The translations under genes were made by a program, and so were the position numbers. 20,000 bases of DNA. Source: Gemmatimonadota bacterium. Lineage in GTDB: Bacteria; JBHIER01; G020348925. The stretch covers positions 5,017,918-5,037,917 of the forward strand of contig CP070758.1 of assembly GCA_020348925.1 (NCBI GenBank), written 5' to 3'. The notes below the pieces were generated by a model. That model was given only the letters and a program-made list of their open reading frames with translations, did not search any database and was not told where the DNA came from. This document shows, in pieces, positions 16,897 through 20,000 of this stretch (positions are counted from its first letter, which is position 1; the number at the start of each line of letters is the position of its first letter).

Positions 16897-18042
16897 ATGA
16901 GAAAGAAAGAGATTCTGTTTTTTCTTACAGTCAGTATTGCGTGTTGCGTGTTTCGTGGAGCGTTGTCACAAGAGCGGGATGCATCTGGTTCTCAATGGAT
17001 GCATATGGATCAAACCTATAATAGAGTGAGAGGTTTGGCGGACACAGTTGGGTATGCCCACACGCGCGCTCAGATTGAAGCTGTTGTGCGCATGTGCGAT
17101 TCGCTGGGAAGCATGGCGGTGGAAGTGAGGGATGAAGATCGAAAAGCCGATTCTCAAATTCCCTGGACGGCCGGGATCTGTCCCCACGATGATTATGTCT
17201 ACGCCGCACGGGTGTATGCTGATATCATGCGTGACACCGATGCCCGACACGTTCTTGTTTTCGGCGTGGCTCATCGGGCGAGGAACTTTGATTTGGAAAA
17301 CAAAATCATTTTTGATTCTTTTGACGCATGGCAAGGACCCTATGGTCCTGTCCGGGTCTCGCCTCTTCGAGATGCAATCATGGAGAAGCTGCCCCGTTCT
17401 GCGTATGTTGTTCACGATGAGATGCAGACGATTGAGCATTCTGTCGAGGGATTGATCCCTTTTTTACAATACTATAATCGTAATGTTCAGATTGTATCCG
17501 TACTTGTGCCGTACATGAGTTGGCAGAGGTTGGATCAACTCTCGAAGGAATTGGCAGGAGTTTTGAACTCGATCATTCGGGAAAACAATTTGATCCTGGG
17601 GCAGGACATCGCCTTTCTCTGTTCCAACGATTGCGTCCATTACGGCGATCAGGATTGGGGCGGGAAGAACTACGCTCCCTTTGGCGCTGATGTGAAGGGT
17701 TACGAACAAGCGGTTCAGCGGGATCTCGATTTGATTAATCAGCATCTTACCGAAGATCTTGAGACTGATAAGTTACGCGATTTCTTTACACAGCTCGTTG
17801 ACCAGGAGGATGTGAAGGAGTACAAAATCACATGGTGCGGTCGGTTTTCCGTCCCCTTTGGTCTCAATTGTGTGTATTCTTTGATAGGTAGGATTCAGAG
17901 ACTGCCATTGAAAGGATATCTTTTAAGCTACGACACGAGCGTTGCAGCCGGAGAGCTTCCTATCAAGAATCTTTACCTCGGCACCACAGCAACCAGTAAC
18001 CTCCGACACTGGGTGGGTTACTGCGCCATCGGCTATCGCTGA
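16897..18042 (+). CDS. amrB: AmmeMemoRadiSam system protein B / MEMO1-family protein with N-terminal signal peptide
   Basis: MEMO-like motifs GICPHDDYVY, FGVAH, EHSVE, SNDCVHYG, TWCG and WVGY. It starts 1 nt after the GNAT stop. Confidence 0.8.
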   Translation: MRKKEILFFLTVSIACCVFRGALSQERDASGSQWMHMDQTYNRVRGLADTVGYAHTRAQIEAVVRMCDSLGSMAVEVRDEDRKADSQIPWTAGICPHDDYVYAARVYADIMRDTDARHVLVFGVAHRARNFDLENKIIFDSFDAWQGPYGPVRVSPLRDAIMEKLPRSAYVVHDEMQTIEHSVEGLIPFLQYYNRNVQIVSVLVPYMSWQRLDQLSKELAGVLNSIIRENNLILGQDIAFLCSNDCVHYGDQDWGGKNYAPFGADVKGYEQAVQRDLDLINQHLTEDLETDKLRDFFTQLVDQEDVKEYKITWCGRFSVPFGLNCVYSLIGRIQRLPLKGYLLSYDTSVAAGELPIKNLYLGTTATSNLRHWVGYCAIGYR

Positions 18043-18291
18043 AAGAGCTCGTCTTAAGTGTAACATTTTAGATATTAAGAATTAACCTAGATTCTAACAT
18101 ATTCCACACCTCTCTCACAGGAAAAAGTTCTATTGTTCCCGTGTTGACACTTCTGTAGATCAATACAGGACCCAAATGGATATTCATTCATATAGGATCG
18201 AATAACGAACATCAATGCATTCTGTAGTATTTTGTCTAATATGAAATATAGATTGTTCCGAACGGGCATGTGGGGGTTATGACGCATCAAA

Positions 18292-18307
18292 TGTCTGATA
18301 TCAGACA
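18292..18307. promoter_or_regulatory. Perfect 16-bp palindrome, candidate transcription-factor site
   Basis: TGTCTGATATCAGACA (TGT-N10-ACA) in AT-rich intergenic DNA upstream of the pilin locus. Confidence 0.4.
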
Positions 18308-18431
18308 CTTTATAAACAGATTGAGATTTTTTGTAATCATTTAATTATAAGTAAATTATGAAATTCATAATTGAATTTTATCAATATTTTTTCAATACAA
18401 TCAATTACTAAGAAAAAAAATAATATTTTTC

Positions 18432-18460
18432 TTGACACGAGAGTAATTGAGGTTCATATT
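18432..18460 (+). promoter_or_regulatory. Putative sigma70 promoter with AT-rich UP-like element
   Basis: TTGACA-17 nt-CATATT, preceded by A/T tracts at 18411-18430. Confidence 0.4.
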
Positions 18461-18769
18461 TATGGGCGCGATGACAGATGGGCGAGGTTTCTTATATACT
18501 GGTCTGAAACCCAGTTATATATTCTCAAAGCGTCCAGTATGTTGTCGCTTATGAATACTATAATCTGGGTATTTTTTTATGGAACAGGGGGACGAGAACA
18601 TTCCAACGTGAGTACGTAAGTATCATTATTTTGATACTTGATCCCATAGTCCCGCTCCGACATGTCATGACTGTCATGTTGGACATTCAATCACATGAAC
18701 GTTCTCGGCATGTTCCCTCATTGCATTAGCAGAACGAGGTGGTTATGTAAAAAAACTGAAAGATTTATG

Positions 18770-18893
18770 TGTATCCGAGAAAGGTAAACCTCGGGAAACC
18801 GAGGGGCACAAAGCAACGGGTCTAATAACGTCGTATGAATTGACATCAAGGTGCAAGAGCATACGTTCATGATAGCCGGGCTACCGAAGCACA
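18770..18893 (+). ncRNA. Cyclic di-GMP-I (GEMM) riboswitch aptamer
   Basis: GGTAAA-CCTCGG-GAAA-CCGAGG-GGCACAAAGC...GGGTCTAA...GATAGCCGGGCTACCGA matches the class I consensus: GNRA-capped P2, tetraloop receptor in P3, and G20/A47/C92 equivalents. The C22-G45 pair has covaried to U-A, and P3 is extended (CGTATG/CATACG). Confidence 0.92.
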
Positions 18894-18921
18894 GATATTG
18901 ACTTTGGAAGTCCGGTTTTTT
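18874..18921 (+). terminator. Intrinsic terminator forming the riboswitch expression platform
   Basis: AGCCGGGCT-A-CCGAAG (18874-18889) pairs with CTTTGG-A-AGTCCGGTT (18902-18917) and runs into TTTTTT (18916-18921). Confidence 0.7.
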
Positions 18922-19008
18922 ACTTATGAATCGAAATCAATTGGAGATTGGTGGCGATTTGAATTGGAAGTGAACAACGTTGGAATTCAGGAGACAAGGA
19001 GTAGAATA

Positions 19009-19830
19009 ATGATATTCAATACTGAGAGCAATAAAGGAACAACACTAGTTGAACTTCTCACTGTTCTCGTCATGATGGGAGTATTAACAACGTGTGTTGC
19101 ACGGTATCTCATTGTTCATTATCGGTTATCGAATGTTGAACAGCAAGTTGGATTTATGCAAAAAAATCTTCGATCGGCGATGGATATTATAAAAAAAGAT
19201 ATAATGAACACGGGAACCGGTATTCCTCGGGGCCACGATCTCGATCCAATCGTTCCGGGAGACGCTCACGGTGGGGGAGCAGACTCAATTGTGGTTGCAG
19301 GTAATTTCAATCGCAAGTTCACACAGTTAGTTGAAGATGAAAAAACGGATAATATACTCCACATCATGGATGCGAGTGGATTCACCACTGGTTGTCTTCT
19401 GTACATCAAAGACATCTATGGTGGAGAATGTCACACCATTGCTGAAATTATCTTTGACACTCCGAAGGAAGATAAGATTGTTACTGAAAAACCCTTAAGT
19501 CGATCATTCAATAAGGATGTTACAGTTGTGTCACCGATTTCACGTGTTGGGTACTCCTTGAATAAAACTGATTCGGAACGTCCATTGTTAATCAGAACAG
19601 TCAAGGGAGCAGACCCAACGGTAGTGGCAGACAACATTGAGGACATTCAATTTGCTTATGTTCTTGCTGATGGTTCTGAAACATCGAACCCTAATGATAT
19701 TTCGAGTATCAGAATGGTTAGGATTAAGATGACCGCCAGAACCGAGAGAAAAGATTCTGAATTTCATAATGATGGTTACCGGCGGAGAACACTGGAATCG
19801 GAAGTATTTCTTAGAAATATCGGTTCATAG
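19009..19830 (+). CDS. Type IV minor pilin, PilW-like (prepilin N-terminal cleavage/methylation domain)
   Basis: The ATG at 19009 follows AAGGAG. The prepilin site is KG|TTLVELLTVLVMMG with E5. It also has MQKNLRSAMDIIKKDIMNTG, VADNIEDIQFAY, IRMVRIKMTART and a C-terminal RRRTLESEVFLRN. Confidence 0.85.
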   Translation: MIFNTESNKGTTLVELLTVLVMMGVLTTCVARYLIVHYRLSNVEQQVGFMQKNLRSAMDIIKKDIMNTGTGIPRGHDLDPIVPGDAHGGGADSIVVAGNFNRKFTQLVEDEKTDNILHIMDASGFTTGCLLYIKDIYGGECHTIAEIIFDTPKEDKIVTEKPLSRSFNKDVTVVSPISRVGYSLNKTDSERPLLIRTVKGADPTVVADNIEDIQFAYVLADGSETSNPNDISSIRMVRIKMTARTERKDSEFHNDGYRRRTLESEVFLRNIGS

Positions 19831-19907
19831 ATCTATGAGTGAGCGTTATTTATATCCATGAACAATATATGCCTAAAAGGGACTGCAAGAAAGAAAGGAA
19901 CAGAACA

Positions 19908-20000
19908 ATGAGTATGAAAAATGTGGTTGGCCAGCAAGGAAGCGTTCTCTTTGTGAAAAATGTGGTTGGCCAGCAAGGAAGCGTTCTCTTTGTGAAAAAT
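19908..20000 (+). CDS. 3'-partial gene start, PilX-like minor pilin N-terminus
   Basis: RBS GAAAGGAA precedes MSMKNVVGQQG|SVLF, a class III-like site without E5 as is typical of PilX. It lies directly after pilW and is disrupted by a tandem duplication at the window edge. Confidence 0.45.
   Translation, partial: MSMKNVVGQQGSVLFVKNVVGQQGSVLFVKN
19915..20000 (+). repeat. Exact 39-bp tandem repeat (2 full copies + 8 bp)
   Basis: TGAAAAATGTGGTTGGCCAGCAAGGAAGCGTTCTCTTTG at 19915 and 19954, with a third copy starting at 19993. Confidence 0.95.

Noticed and set aside
18087-18619. Small ORFs 18087-18308 (-) and 18371-18619 (+)
   Set aside because: They are AT-rich with no RBS or recognisable motifs, and they overlap promoter-like sequence.
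18705-18725. Sigma54 promoter TCGGCA...TTGCA upstream of the riboswitch
   Set aside because: The GG-to-GC spacing is 14 nt rather than the required 10.
13397-19008. ORF-track TTG starts at 13397 and 18898 (also 70, and the ATG at 8953)
   Set aside because: 13397 is the -35 box and 18898 lies inside the riboswitch terminator. Better RBS-backed ATGs exist at 13496, 19009 and 8998, and the first gene is open from base 1.
19915-20000. 39-bp repeat as a CRISPR array
   Set aside because: The copies are directly adjacent with no spacers, they lie in a reading frame, and no cas genes are present.

Overview
Bacterial genomic DNA with all credible genes on the + strand. The lineage is probably FCB-superphylum but non-Bacteroidota (KSB1/Calditrichota/Zixibacteria-like). 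This is an inference from T9SS/FlgD-type C-terminal sorting domains combined with strong Shine-Dalgarno sites. Bases 1-13149 hold a tandem array of five large modular, apparently exported proteins. Their N-terminal cargos differ (DUF362, FG-GAP propeller, S41 peptidase, SBBP propeller, serine hydrolase), but all end in a Cys-containing dockerin-like module. Three add a conserved unnamed helical segment plus a T9SS-type sorting domain, and two stop right after the dockerin. The serine hydrolase gene is interrupted by a single in-frame TGA. A hairpin-rich ~190-nt intergenic element follows, then a GT-C/TPR membrane protein, an Asp/Glu racemase homolog, a GNAT and a signal-peptide-bearing MEMO1/AmrB protein. 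After a long AT-rich spacer, a c-di-GMP-I riboswitch with an overlapping intrinsic terminator (predicted ON switch) precedes type IV minor pilin genes (PilW-like, then the start of a PilX-like gene). The window ends in an exact 39-bp tandem duplication.
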